Shown here: piece after piece, positions 19,821 through 30,280 of the stretch
Layout: each line of letters begins with the position of its first letter
Numbering within the stretch: position 1 is the first letter of the stretch
Source: Candidatus Poribacteria bacterium
Lineage (GTDB): Bacteria; Poribacteria; WGA-4E; WGA-3G
Direction: 5' to 3'
Assembly (NCBI GenBank): GCA_963665235.2
Contig: CAXXLX010000001.1
Location: 768,001 to 832,000 of the forward strand
Length of the DNA stretch: 64,000 nucleotides
Made by a program: the position numbers and the translations under genes
Notes under the pieces: generated by a model
What the model saw: the letters and a program-made list of their open reading frames with translations, nothing else
Told to the model about the DNA's origin: nothing
Database searches by the model: none

Positions 19821-20471
19821 TTACAGCACCGCGGCAGGCTGTTCGTTCGATGTCCTCTGTGGGTAATGTCCATTGCAGCTCGCTTTGAATACAGCATCAA
19901 CTGCTCCGAAGAGGCGGGGCAAATCGTACATTGTCACACTTATTCTGTTTCGGGTGAAATCCTCGCCGACAAGCTGCCCAAATTGCCAAGTCGTTCCATC
20001 GCTCACAATACCGTAGACAGGACAATCGGCATCCTCGTTAATTTTTTGTAAGGCTACTAACACTGCTATGCATTGCCCCCACCCCTGCTCGAAATCGTTT
20101 TTCTTTGCTTCAACGAGGATTATCAACGGTGTTCCAACAACGGGGATGCCCAATTCAGACCTGGTAGCGATGAAGTAATCCGGTGTACCGCTAAGCGTTT
20201 CATCGTAAGAGATAGATTTCTTAATCCAGAGTGCGTAATCGTCTGCGTACCCCTTATAGATTTCCTTCAAAATCGGGAAAATTATCGCCTCACAACGTGC
20301 CGCCTCGGAGGCGAAAACATCGATGTGTTGTAAGCAAAACTCAAATTCCTTCAAAAATTGTTCGGAGGGGGTACCTGGGGTTTCCTCGATGTGGACAAAA
20401 TCTTTTACGGCATATCTGATTCTGAATTTCTCTAGGACTTCGGAAATCGTTTTGAAATCGCTAAAAGCCAT
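19821..20471 (-). CDS. Conserved hypothetical protein, PD-(D/E)XK / HsdR-N-like fold
   Basis: SEAARCE..IFP, G.PDY, VEAKK, WGQC, YGIVSDG.W.F; paralog of the split gene at 43326-44807. Confidence 0.75.
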   Translation of the reverse strand: MAFSDFKTISEVLEKFRIRYAVKDFVHIEETPGTPSEQFLKEFEFCLQHIDVFASEAARCEAIIFPILKEIYKGYADDYALWIKKSISYDETLSGTPDYFIATRSELGIPVVGTPLIILVEAKKNDFEQGWGQCIAVLVALQKINEDADCPVYGIVSDGTTWQFGQLVGEDFTRNRISVTMYDLPRLFGAVDAVFKASCNGHYPQRTSNEQPAAVL

Positions 20472-20491
20472 GTGTACAACCTCCTATTTTA

Positions 20492-20643
20492 ACCTAAGTT
20501 GCCACATAGTAGCATAATCTTCCAGATTGTGCATATTTGTGTGCAAACTAAAAGTGGACGCTACAAATATTACCTAATTATCAGCATATTTTCATTAAAG
20601 ACGGTGTTTCTAGGTCTAAAAACTTATAAGTAGCAACTTGGGT
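20492..20643. mobile_element. MITE family D
   Basis: TIR ACCTAAGTTGCCAC / GTAGCAACTTGGGT, TA on both sides; internal GTAGCATAATCTTCCAGATTGTGC hairpin. Confidence 0.75.
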
Positions 20644-20709
20644 TATTTTAGAATATTGTAGCATATTACTGGGAGATATGTCAAGGATTGAGGAATCTCT
20701 GGTATCTAA

Positions 20710-20825
20710 TACCATTTCTAATTGAAAATGTCTCTTTCTTGTAGCATAAACTTCCAGTTTGGGTCTTCCGTTCTCCGTTTCATTTCTAACAACTAGTAAT
20801 GGTAGAATAATTAATAAAAATGGTA
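20710..20825 (+). mobile_element. MITE family A copy 3 (minimal, 116 bp, single unit)
   Basis: TAA-TACCATT...AATGGTA-TAA. Confidence 0.85.
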
Positions 20826-20876
20826 TAACTATAGTGACGCTAGTTAGCCGCAAAACGGTTGCTTAATTCTACCTCC

Positions 20877-22331
20877 TTAGTATCGATACCGTCGAGTGTA
20901 TCGCTGCGCTTGCGGCAGCAATTCTATATTTTTATCCATCCACTGTAGCCGAGTTTCCAACCATGTTTTCATCGCTTGCACCTCTCCTTCATAAGTGCGT
21001 TCTCCAGGTCCGGGGTTACCGAAAATGGAACGTCCGAGTACACGCCACCTCTCGAAGTTTCGCTTTTGTGCTTCGGAGAGGTATTCAGCAGTCCTATCAA
21101 TTTCGCCGAGGATTTCTGATGTAGCGAGTTGGTTTTTACGAAGTGTTTTCCACTTCTTAACCAGTTCCTGTTTGAAGTTTTCGTCCGATAAGAGACGATG
21201 CCACCAAAAAGGAACAGGGTTAGTATAGATAAGCCAACTATCGGTTTCCCAACCGTTATGGAAAACCGTATTCCCCATAGATAAATTGAAATCCCAGACC
21301 GGGCCCATCGCAAGTTTGCCCCCTCTATCTTTGTACATATAGGTGCTGTTGCGAAATCCGTCGGTGTTTTTGAAAAGCTCGTTGATGATGAAATGGTCGA
21401 TGAAAGAATCTACGTCAATATACTTGACATAGCCGAGTTCGGGGTCTTTAAAATGCGGTCCGGCTAATGCGACTTCAAACATGCTCATATAATCCTGAAT
21501 CCACGTTTTTTGTCCCTGTGGCATCCTGTGCCCTTTCGGATATACGTTGGCTAGACGTGTTCCTTGCCACGTATAGAAAAACGTCTCATTTCTGTCCATT
21601 TTGTCGATTTTGATTATATACCCACCAGTGATTTCCGGGGGGGTGTTGTGAGTTGGCTGCAAGGATTGAATATCGACGCGGTCTTTTCCGCGTTTAATCT
21701 TTTCTATCAGTAGATAGACACCGACATAATGTCGAGCTTGAATAGTCTTATCCCCATTCGTATTGAGAAACACCTCAACAAACTTTGTTCTGCTTGCATA
21801 TCTGCCGATTCGATTGCTGAACTCATAAGCCAAATAGTTCCGCATGAGAGTTTTATCGGAGTAAGGGCCATTCAGCACCCAATCAGATTCGGCGGGCAGT
21901 TCTAAGATAGATACATCCGTGTCATTACCTGCATCGTCCCTGAATTCAAAACCGTACTGTCTTTTTGGAAACATTTGCGAGGTTTGTCCTCTCACCTCTA
22001 TTCCGATTTTTCCCTCGAAATGTACGTGTGAACTCTCCAAACCGTTCCTACCACCGGACTCATCGTAAATGATTTTCATCCGGGCAGGAATTTTGGGCTC
22101 ACTCGGAATCCATCTGTCGTCCGTATCGATAATAACGAGCGGTAAATTTGACGTGTGTTGCCAGGGCTGGTTCCCGAAGGTTTGTCTATTTCCGAAATCT
22201 CGGCGGTTCCGGAAGCCTCGCCGGTCGGCTGTGCTTTCTTGCCGACGCGTGTTATCACCTGCGCAGCTTATGAGTATGGCAAATATGAGACTGCTTAGCA
22301 GCAGAAGTACTGTTTTTCTCGAAGGATACAT
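20877..22331 (-). CDS. CotH kinase-family lipoprotein
   Basis: Lipobox LISC; IEVRGQTS..FPKRQY, DKTLMRN, NTDG, MGPVWDFNLS. Confidence 0.85.
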   Translation of the reverse strand: MYPSRKTVLLLLSSLIFAILISCAGDNTRRQESTADRRGFRNRRDFGNRQTFGNQPWQHTSNLPLVIIDTDDRWIPSEPKIPARMKIIYDESGGRNGLESSHVHFEGKIGIEVRGQTSQMFPKRQYGFEFRDDAGNDTDVSILELPAESDWVLNGPYSDKTLMRNYLAYEFSNRIGRYASRTKFVEVFLNTNGDKTIQARHYVGVYLLIEKIKRGKDRVDIQSLQPTHNTPPEITGGYIIKIDKMDRNETFFYTWQGTRLANVYPKGHRMPQGQKTWIQDYMSMFEVALAGPHFKDPELGYVKYIDVDSFIDHFIINELFKNTDGFRNSTYMYKDRGGKLAMGPVWDFNLSMGNTVFHNGWETDSWLIYTNPVPFWWHRLLSDENFKQELVKKWKTLRKNQLATSEILGEIDRTAEYLSEAQKRNFERWRVLGRSIFGNPGPGERTYEGEVQAMKTWLETRLQWMDKNIELLPQAQRYTRRYRY

Positions 22332-22460
22332 CTTCAGGGCCTCTTTCAGGGTAAAATGAACTGAGTTATGATATCGTATGTGCATTTCCTGTCCGTTGGA
22401 GGTGTTAAACAAAAATAAGCCATAAAAAATGTCTTACGGGTTGTTGGCGAATGAATTGTT

Positions 22461-22612
22461 TTATGACCATTTTTATGGCCATTTTTGGAGCTTTCATGAC
22501 CATTTTTATGACCATTTTTGGAGCTTTCATGACCATTTTTATGACCATTTTTGGAGCTTTCATGACCATTTTTATGACCATTTTTGGAGCTTTCATGACC
22601 ATTTTTGGAGCT
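22461..22612. repeat. 33-bp tandem repeat (about 4.5 copies) in a divergent intergenic region
   Basis: CATTTTTATGACCATTTTTGGAGCTTTCATGAC repeated. Confidence 0.85.
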
Positions 22613-22734
22613 ATTCGCGAGTTTTTAGATATAATAAATGTTTAGCGAGTGAACCATTTAAGTGACGTTATCTCGAATTATACATTTTTTTCTGTGAAGT
22701 TGTCAAATGAAAATGAAATCCCCAAAAAAGTCAC

Positions 22735-22764
22735 TTGACAACATCTTGTGTAAAATGATACAAT
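22735..22764 (+). promoter_or_regulatory. Sigma70-like promoter
   Basis: TTGACA-18 bp-TACAAT with TGn extension. Confidence 0.5.
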
Positions 22765-22797
22765 CAATTGGTAACGTTAAAAAGAGAGGAGAAAGAT

Positions 22798-23904
22798 ATG
22801 GCATCACAAACTGAATTAAAGGCACTGTTGGATACACCTATTGCCTTAGCACCGAATACCTACCTGCATTTTTACAATGGCGGAAAACTTCGTGCGGAGT
22901 TTATGGGCGAACCTGACCCGAAAGATGACTACTACTCTGAAGAATGGATTTTTTCAACGAATAGGGCAATCACCCCCGGTAGAGAAAATCCGCCAGACAA
23001 AGGGTTTAGCCGGGTCGAACTGCCGAGTGGTGAAGTAGTCTTACTTAAGGCATTGTTGGATGCATTTCCGGAGGAGACACTCGGCAGCACACACGTTGCG
23101 AAATACGGCACTGACCTAGGGGTGCTCCTCAAAATTTTTGATGTCGGTGAAGGGGCACATATCCCTATCCATTGGCATCCGAATCCGGATTTTGCCCAGG
23201 AACATCTCAACTCGCCTTTCGGCAAAAATGAGGCGTGGATTTTAATTGGCACACGCCCCGGAGCAAAGGCATGGATAGGATGGAAGGAGGCGATAGACAA
23301 AGCTGAATTCCGCAGGCTGATGGAAGCACAAGATGTGCAAACCTTACGAAGCTTGATGCATGTCGTTGAACCGAAGGTGGGAGAGGTCTATTTCTTACGG
23401 ACCCCGATTGTGCATTCGCTTGGCACAGGGCTCTGTGTGCTTGAACCGCAAGAGCCCACCGATTGGAACATCCTTGCTGAATGGAAAGGATTTCCGTACG
23501 GCAAGGAGGATGGGCACCTCGGGCTCGGCTGGGATTTAGCGGTAGATGCGGCTGAATTTGATAAACTGGAATTGGACTATCTCAACAACTACATACGGCG
23601 TACCCCCGAACTTGTCAGAGGTGAAGGCGACAACCGAGAAGACCGTATTGTGCCAGCAGAGGCATCGCAATTTTTCGGGTGTTCCCGTTTGACAGTGGGC
23701 TCTACGTTAGATATGCCAGCAGGGAAGGGGTTCTATGCCCTCGTGACGTTAGGTGGTGAAGGCGTACTCCGTGGTGATTTCGCGGATGTCCCGCTCAAAC
23801 GCGGTAAATCCGTTTTCATTCCGCGATGTTTACCCGGTTATGAGATTGTCAGCACAAGCAACACGCCAATGGAGGTTATCTGTTGTTATCCACCGAGCGT
23901 TTAA
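22798..23904 (+). CDS. Class I mannose-6-phosphate isomerase-like cupin protein
   Basis: SEEW, LLKIFD...PIHWHP, GKNEAW, VHSLG...LEPQEPTD; SD GAGGAG. Confidence 0.8.
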   Translation: MASQTELKALLDTPIALAPNTYLHFYNGGKLRAEFMGEPDPKDDYYSEEWIFSTNRAITPGRENPPDKGFSRVELPSGEVVLLKALLDAFPEETLGSTHVAKYGTDLGVLLKIFDVGEGAHIPIHWHPNPDFAQEHLNSPFGKNEAWILIGTRPGAKAWIGWKEAIDKAEFRRLMEAQDVQTLRSLMHVVEPKVGEVYFLRTPIVHSLGTGLCVLEPQEPTDWNILAEWKGFPYGKEDGHLGLGWDLAVDAAEFDKLELDYLNNYIRRTPELVRGEGDNREDRIVPAEASQFFGCSRLTVGSTLDMPAGKGFYALVTLGGEGVLRGDFADVPLKRGKSVFIPRCLPGYEIVSTSNTPMEVICCYPPSV

Positions 23905-23992
23905 TGGAATAAGCACACGCTGTAAGGTTGTGTTCTACAAATAGAGGTGGAGCCCCGTTTCTGAAGAAAAATTTCAGCAGAGCTCATTACTC

Positions 23993-25207
23993 ATGTTAGA
24001 CTTTAAACCCCCTAAACCGAATACGGTTGCGATTAAGGTTGCCAAATCAATTGTGCCACTTGCGAATCGTTGGTTTTTGAAGGGGCTCACTTTGGAAATT
24101 GATGATGCCTCTGTGGGGCATCTAAAGATGACTCACGGATCTCCTACGGTTTTAGCTCCGAATCACGCGGCCTCCGCTGACCCGGCTGTTATGTTTCTGT
24201 TATCAAAACGGCTCTCTCAGCCGTACTACTATATGGCAGCACGGGAAAGTTTTGATAAGGGGCGTTTTGGGGGTATCCGAAGCTTTTTGATGCAACAGTT
24301 AGGAGCATATTCCATTGTGCGCGGCACAGTGGATAGAAATGCCTTCCGAACGACCCGGCAACTTCTCACTGAGGGAAAATGGCCGCTTGTCATCTTCGGA
24401 GAGGGGGAGATTTCACACCAGAATGACACCGTCATGCGGTTTGAGCGCGGCATTACCCAACTCTGTTTCTGGGCTTTGGACGATATTAAAAAGGCGGGAA
24501 CTACGAAACCGCTCTATATTGTACCAATCGGTATCAAATATCGCTATACACAAGACATGTGGCACGTTATTGATACCGCGCTAACAAAATTAGAGCGAAA
24601 TATTCTGCCCACTACAGCCCGAACGCCGGTAGAACGATACCAACGCTTGAGACGTATCGGGATAGCCGTGTTGTCAACACTTGCGGAGGAATATCAATTT
24701 AAAGTGGACCTCACCGCTTCCCTCAATGAGCAAATTCGGGGCTTAAAGGAACAGATATTATCCCACGCTGAGCAAATTATGGGAACGAAGACCGATGGCG
24801 ATATTCTTACGCGGGTTCGCGCATTGAAGAACACTGTTGATGTTGAAGTCTATAGAGATGTTGAACAGGCGACGGAGTACGAACGAAAAATACATGAAGA
24901 ACTCCTCCAGAAATTTCAACAATTCTATCCGGATTTAAATCGGTTAATTAATTTTATCGCGATTTCTGATGGATATGTCGCTGAAGACCACTCCCCGGAA
25001 CGTTACCTTGAGGTAATTTTTCGGTTGGAAACAGAGGTCTTTGGGACAGCAAAGATATGGGGCTCCCGGGTCGCCTTAATCCGTGCTGGCACGCCTGTAA
25101 ATCTAGCAGAATTCTACGATAACTACAAGACAGAAAAAAAAGAGACAGTCGAACAGATTACCACCGAACTAGAGAGAACGGTTCAGAATTTGGTCATCGG
25201 AAGCTAA
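23993..25207 (+). CDS. PlsC-family phospholipid/glycerol acyltransferase
   Basis: NHAASAD (HX4D), YMAARE, IFGEG, IVPIGIKY. Confidence 0.85.
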   Translation: MLDFKPPKPNTVAIKVAKSIVPLANRWFLKGLTLEIDDASVGHLKMTHGSPTVLAPNHAASADPAVMFLLSKRLSQPYYYMAARESFDKGRFGGIRSFLMQQLGAYSIVRGTVDRNAFRTTRQLLTEGKWPLVIFGEGEISHQNDTVMRFERGITQLCFWALDDIKKAGTTKPLYIVPIGIKYRYTQDMWHVIDTALTKLERNILPTTARTPVERYQRLRRIGIAVLSTLAEEYQFKVDLTASLNEQIRGLKEQILSHAEQIMGTKTDGDILTRVRALKNTVDVEVYRDVEQATEYERKIHEELLQKFQQFYPDLNRLINFIAISDGYVAEDHSPERYLEVIFRLETEVFGTAKIWGSRVALIRAGTPVNLAEFYDNYKTEKKETVEQITTELERTVQNLVIGS

Positions 25208-25283
25208 AACAGTAGATACGCTCCGATGTGCTATTCAGAACATAATGGCGATTGGCAAATGCTAATTGCTATAGGAGGAAAAC

Positions 25284-26198
25284 ATGGCAAAAAAATTGTC
25301 AATTGGAAGTTGGGCTTACGCATTTGGCCCATATCAAGACAACCCTGTTCCGTTTGATGATGTCGTTAAACGTCTGGGTGAATTGGAGTTTGATGGCATC
25401 GAAGTCGGCGCATTTAAACCGCATATCGATATTAACGATTACCCGATGAAAAGCGACCGGGACGCTGTCAAAGGCTTAATTGCCTATTACGGTCTGGAGG
25501 TCTCCGGATTGGCAGCTGATTTCTGGTCACACCCCGGCCCGGCAACAGATGAGGCACAAGAGGACGATAAATACTACAAGCTGTTTAAGGAAAACCTCCA
25601 ACTTGCGCTAGATTTAGGGTCGCCATCGATTCGGGTGGACACTGTCACACCTGCTGAGACTGAAATTGAGGGAGTTGACCAGGAAACAGCTTGGAACCGC
25701 ATCGTTTCGCTCTGGCGGCGGTGTGCCCAGGTCGCAGAGGACCACGGCGTTTTACTGCTCTGGGAGTTTGAACCCGGCTTCATGTTCAACAAACCCAGCG
25801 ACATCATCGCTCTGCCACAAGAGGTAGACCACCCTAATTTCAAGGTGTTGTTTGACACATGCCACGCGCAGATGTGTGCAACTGTCGGGGCACGACAGGT
25901 AGGTGACCAGGAGACACTCGGTGATAACGGGGTTGTCGAACTTGCACGTCAACTCAAGGGACAGATTGGGCATTTCCATCTCATCGATTCTGATAATACG
26001 CTCCACGACGATGAAACGAGTACACACGCGCCCTTCGGGGATGGCGTGCTAGACTTTGACGAAATCATCCCGGTCATCATGGACGAAACAGGATACGATG
26101 GGGAGTGGTTCTCAATTGACCTCTGTTTCTGGCCGGAGGCATGGGAGGTCACGGAGAACGCGAAGAAGTTCCTCACCCCCTATCTAGAAAGATATTAA
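25284..26198 (+). CDS. Sugar phosphate isomerase/epimerase (TIM barrel)
   Basis: FDGIEV, WEFEP, FDTCH, HFHLIDSD, H.PFGDG.LDF. Confidence 0.85.
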   Translation: MAKKLSIGSWAYAFGPYQDNPVPFDDVVKRLGELEFDGIEVGAFKPHIDINDYPMKSDRDAVKGLIAYYGLEVSGLAADFWSHPGPATDEAQEDDKYYKLFKENLQLALDLGSPSIRVDTVTPAETEIEGVDQETAWNRIVSLWRRCAQVAEDHGVLLLWEFEPGFMFNKPSDIIALPQEVDHPNFKVLFDTCHAQMCATVGARQVGDQETLGDNGVVELARQLKGQIGHFHLIDSDNTLHDDETSTHAPFGDGVLDFDEIIPVIMDETGYDGEWFSIDLCFWPEAWEVTENAKKFLTPYLERY

Positions 26199-26220
26199 GG
26201 AAAGTTATTTAGATGTCGTG

Positions 26221-26507
26221 GTAGGTGCGGTTCCGAGACCACACCTACCAAGGTGTGCCACATTTCTTTAAATTTTACTGTAGCATCTAATCGGTAAGCC
26301 CAAACAACGTGCCGGGCTGGATATACGGAGGAGAACGTTTTTCTTACATATATCCTCAACGAACCGCACCTACCAAGGTGTGCCACATTTCTTTAAATTT
26401 TACTGTAGCATCTAATCGGTAAGCCCAAACAACGTGCCGGGCTGGATATACGGAGGAGAACGTTTTTCTTACATATATCCTCAACGAACCGCAAGGAAAT
26501 ATTAAAA
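26221..26507 (+). repeat. Roughly 122-bp tandem duplication of repeat family F, ending in the nadC ribosome-binding region
   Basis: CACCTACCAAGG...GGATATACGGAGGAGAACG...CCTCAACGAACCGC twice; relatives at 39180-39345 (reverse). Confidence 0.8.
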
Positions 26508-27389
26508 ATGCTAATAAATTTGCAGTTATTAGACCCCTTGTTGGAGCTTGCCTTTGCAGAGGACATCGGTATAGGCGACATTACGACTGAAGCGACAGTG
26601 TCCCCCTCCCAACAAGGCGTTGGCAGAATGCATGCGAAGAGTCCGGGCATTGTGGCTGGGCTGCCTGTCGCTGAGCGGGTTTTTGAGAAGTTAGATGCTA
26701 CGATAGTTAAAAATAGTGGGCAACCTGCACCGTCGTGCCGTTTTCGTGCGTTGGTGAACGATGGCGATTCGGTTTCGGCAGGGACAGCAATTGCTGAGGT
26801 GCACGGCAGTGCCAAAACAATCCTGAGTGGCGAACGAACGGCACTCAATTTTCTACAACGACTCTCTGGGATAGCGACGCTCACTTCGCAATTTGTCAAG
26901 GCGGTTTCGGACTACGATGTAAAAATCGTGGATACGCGGAAAACAGCCCCCGGGTGGCGTGCGGTACAGAAATACGCAGTGCGGGTTGGCGGTGGACACA
27001 ACCACCGCTTTGGTCTGTACGATGCTGTGCTTATCAAGGATAACCATATTGTCGCTGCGGGGGGGATACAGAGTGCTGTTCAAAAAGCACGACAGATTAT
27101 GCCACACACTGCAAAGATTGAAGTTGAGGTTGAGACCGTTGAACAGGTTGACGAAGCACTCGCAGCAGGGGTTGACATTTTACTGCTTGACAACATGCCC
27201 CTCAGCATCATGGAACGGGTTGTTAAACAGGTTGGCAACCGCGTGCTCACCGAAGCCTCCGGTGGAATTACGTTAGAAAGCGTGCAAGCTGTTGCAGCGA
27301 CAGGTGTTCAGCTCATCTCTGTCGGAGCATTGACCCATTCCGCCATGCCGATGGATATTAGTCTAACCCTTTCACTACTTGATGGATAG
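26508..27389 (+). CDS. nadC: Nicotinate-nucleotide diphosphorylase (carboxylating)
   Basis: AEDIG.GDITT, ERTALNFLQRLSGIAT, DTRKT.PG, NHRFGL.D.VLIKDNH, LLDN, EASGGI. Confidence 0.96.
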   Translation: MLINLQLLDPLLELAFAEDIGIGDITTEATVSPSQQGVGRMHAKSPGIVAGLPVAERVFEKLDATIVKNSGQPAPSCRFRALVNDGDSVSAGTAIAEVHGSAKTILSGERTALNFLQRLSGIATLTSQFVKAVSDYDVKIVDTRKTAPGWRAVQKYAVRVGGGHNHRFGLYDAVLIKDNHIVAAGGIQSAVQKARQIMPHTAKIEVEVETVEQVDEALAAGVDILLLDNMPLSIMERVVKQVGNRVLTEASGGITLESVQAVAATGVQLISVGALTHSAMPMDISLTLSLLDG

Positions 27390-27408
27390 GGTACCTTCTT
27401 AACCATTA

Positions 27409-27951
27409 CTGAACTTTGGACAATTTTAGGGGTGCGTCCAGTCAAAGGGATAGGTGGAAGGGTGGAAGAATGGAAGAATGGAAGAATGGAAGGATGGAAG
27501 GATGGAAGAGGGGAAGAATGGAAGAGGGGATTTCGCGGGTGTTGTCTGAATCGCGGATTACACAGAGGACGCGGAGAACGCGGAAAAAGAGGGGTTGGCT
27601 AAAATCTATAAACATATCGCAATTTAGCAATTGGCAATTAGCAATTGGCAATTGGAAACCAGAGAAAGAGAAATCTGGAGCGCGTCAAAGCGCATTTTAG
27701 AATCACAACATCTTGCTAATGGTTTCCAATAGCCATAAACCAACAGCCAATATTCTATAAACATATCGCCCCGCTGGGGCTAGTTTGTGATGTGGTTGCG
27801 TTATCTATAAACATTCCGCCCCGCTGGGGCTGCGTTTTCGCACATCCTATCCTATTTTTCTCCTATTTGTCCTTGTGTGAGAAACTTAGAGAAAAATCAG
27901 AAATGCTTTGAAAATCGGGCATTAGTCTCACGGATATTGTCCAAACTATAG
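27409..27951. mobile_element. MITE family B with composite cargo
   Basis: CTGAACTTTGGACAAT...ATTGTCCAAACTATAG, TA on both sides. Confidence 0.78.
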
Positions 27952-27986
27952 TATACCCTCAACGAACGGCAAGGAAATATTAAAAA

Positions 27987-29081
27987 ATGCAAGAAGAATC
28001 GGTGGGACGAACCCTGACCCGCGAAAATATGATTCGCGGGGTGCTTATTTTCACGTTCTGTACGTTAGTCGGGTTATTGCTCAGTTTTTTGTGGAGCGGG
28101 ACGCAAGATGACTTAAGGAGCGGGACGCAAGATTTAAAGCAGGTCCTCTTCGGCATGCGGTTCGAACTTCTGCCCTGGGCGTTCCTGTGCATGGTTTTGG
28201 ATTGGTTTTGTGGGGGGATGCGGTTTCATATCTTCGTAAAAAAGGTGTTTCCTACGCTACGCGTGCGCGATAGTCTTCGGGCAGTTTTAGCAACGCTCTG
28301 TGTTTCAGCGATTACACCGTTCCAGACAGGTGGCGTTGGGCATCTCTATATTTATGCACGAGTAGGGGTTCCGTTATCAGGCGCGATAACATCGGGTATT
28401 ATCGCCTTTCTTTCGACTTTAATTATCTTAATTATTGCAGCATGCGGTATACTCTACCTGGACCCCGCCTTTGTTCCGAAAGGGACGACGTTGGTGAGTC
28501 TATTTAGTTTTCTGATATTTAGTCTGGTAACAACGACATTTCTGTTGTTGCTTCTGAAACCGGAGATAGTGTTCCGTGTTTTTGATTGGATTTGTGCTGC
28601 TGCCCGGCGTAGGTTTCCTCGCATCGCGCCTTTCCTAGAACGTGCCGTGCTTAAAGTAGAAGAACTCGTTACGGAACATAAAACGTTCAGTCAGATGTTT
28701 ATTCGTCAACATAAAGGAGTTTGTGCGCTCAGCCTGCTGCTCACCTGCGGTTTTCTCGGTGCTCGTGTCCTCGGCAGCTATGTCGTCGTCAAAGCCTTGA
28801 ACGGCGATGCAACCCTGTGGGAACTCACTGTTATTGGGATGCTGCTCAACTTCGTTCTGCTGTTCGCACCAACGCCAGGTGCAAGCGGCGTGGCGGAGCT
28901 TGCAACAGGCGGATTGGTTGGTAAACTGATTGCTACCAAATTGGTAACACCCTATGTGCTGCTGACGCGCTTTTTCACTGTTTATTCTACTGTCATTGCG
29001 GGAGGGATTGTTATCGGTGGACAATTGGTGAAGGATTTTAAAGGGAGTAAACATCCGCCAAATGCCGACATAGAGCCGTGA
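27987..29081 (+). CDS. Lysylphosphatidylglycerol-synthase TM (UPF0104 flippase-like) membrane protein
   Basis: ITPFQTGG, PTPGASGVAE, multiple TM helices. Confidence 0.82.
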   Translation: MQEESVGRTLTRENMIRGVLIFTFCTLVGLLLSFLWSGTQDDLRSGTQDLKQVLFGMRFELLPWAFLCMVLDWFCGGMRFHIFVKKVFPTLRVRDSLRAVLATLCVSAITPFQTGGVGHLYIYARVGVPLSGAITSGIIAFLSTLIILIIAACGILYLDPAFVPKGTTLVSLFSFLIFSLVTTTFLLLLLKPEIVFRVFDWICAAARRRFPRIAPFLERAVLKVEELVTEHKTFSQMFIRQHKGVCALSLLLTCGFLGARVLGSYVVVKALNGDATLWELTVIGMLLNFVLLFAPTPGASGVAELATGGLVGKLIATKLVTPYVLLTRFFTVYSTVIAGGIVIGGQLVKDFKGSKHPPNADIEP

Positions 29082-29116
29082 AAAAAACCATAACTGATAA
29101 TTGCTAAAGGAGAAAT

Positions 29117-30034
29117 ATGCAACACACTATTAAGAAAATTGAACCTACCACAACGAAAGTAGGTTGGATTGGCACCGGTGTAATGGGACGCTGGATGTGC
29201 CAACATTTAATGGACCTCGGATACGAAATGACTGTCTATAACCGGACGCAATCAAAGGCGGAGCCCCTGATAGATGCAGGTGCGACTTGGGTAGATTCTC
29301 CAAGTGAAGTTGCCACCGCTTCGGATGTTATCTTCACGATTGTCGGGTTTCCGCCCGATGTACGGGAGGTCTATCTAGGCGATACCGGTATTTTGAAGGG
29401 TGCCAAGGCTGGCAGTATCCTCGTCGATATGACGACAACGGAGCCATCTCTTGCAATAAACATTTATGCCGAAGCGCAGGCTCAACAGGTTAGTTCTGTG
29501 GACGCGCCCGTTTCAGGGGGGGATGTCGGTGCACGCGAAGCGCGCCTCTCTATCATGGTCGGCGGCGACGAGACGGCTGTGCAAGCTGTGATGCCGCTCC
29601 TCTCAGCGATGGGGAAAAACATTGTCCATCAAGGTGGAGCAGGCGCAGGGCAGCACACCAAAATGTGCAATCAGATTACTATCTCCGGCACCATGATTGG
29701 TGTCTGTGAGGCGTTGCTTTATGGCCACAAAGCGGGATTGGATTTGGAAACCATGTTATCCTCAATTAGCGGCGGCGCAGCTGCCTGTTGGTCATTAGAT
29801 AACTTAGCTCCCCGTGTCCTTAAACGCAATTTTGACCCGGGATTCTTCGTTGAGCACTTCATTAAAGATATGCGTATCGCTTTAGACGAGGCGCGCAAGA
29901 TGAATCTGAGCCTTCCTGGGCTTGCCTTAGTCCATCAACTCTATACCGCGGTGCAAGCACAGGGGCACGGCCGTTTAGGCACGCAAGCCTTGATGTTGGC
30001 GTTAGAGCAGATGTCCGGGACAGAAGTGAACTAG
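29117..30034 (+). CDS. 3-hydroxyisobutyrate / 2-hydroxy-3-oxopropionate dehydrogenase family protein
   Basis: [36 protein letters not shown]. Confidence 0.92.
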   Translation: MQHTIKKIEPTTTKVGWIGTGVMGRWMCQHLMDLGYEMTVYNRTQSKAEPLIDAGATWVDSPSEVATASDVIFTIVGFPPDVREVYLGDTGILKGAKAGSILVDMTTTEPSLAINIYAEAQAQQVSSVDAPVSGGDVGAREARLSIMVGGDETAVQAVMPLLSAMGKNIVHQGGAGAGQHTKMCNQITISGTMIGVCEALLYGHKAGLDLETMLSSISGGAAACWSLDNLAPRVLKRNFDPGFFVEHFIKDMRIALDEARKMNLSLPGLALVHQLYTAVQAQGHGRLGTQALMLALEQMSGTEVN

Positions 30035-30078
30035 GACGATATGTTTAGAGAGTGGCGTTTGTAGAAGTACTTACGTCC

Positions 30079-30202
30079 TGAAGATTAATTTTTAAATTCG
30101 GTAATTTGGGAACGGGTGATAAATCACCCTACTACGAGCTCTTATGTTTGTAGTAGGGCAATTCATTGCCCGTCGATTACCGAACTATTTATTTAAACTT
30201 CA
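30079..30202. mobile_element. MITE family E enclosing an inverted pair of GTAG hairpins
   Basis: TGAAGATTAATTTTTAAATTCGGTAAT ... ATTACCGAA...TTTAAACTTCA; the same ends occur at 56134-56443. Confidence 0.65.
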
Positions 30203-30280
30203 TCAAAGCGCGCCTACAAATAGCGCGGATGGCCTACAAACGTTGGGGCTCGCCTGTAGGGAATAAAGGGGAGGCGCGGT

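Noticed and set aside
22405-22665. (MVIKMVMKAPK)n and (FHDHFYDHFWS)n peptides
   Set aside because: Translations of the 33-bp VNTR with no convincing RBS
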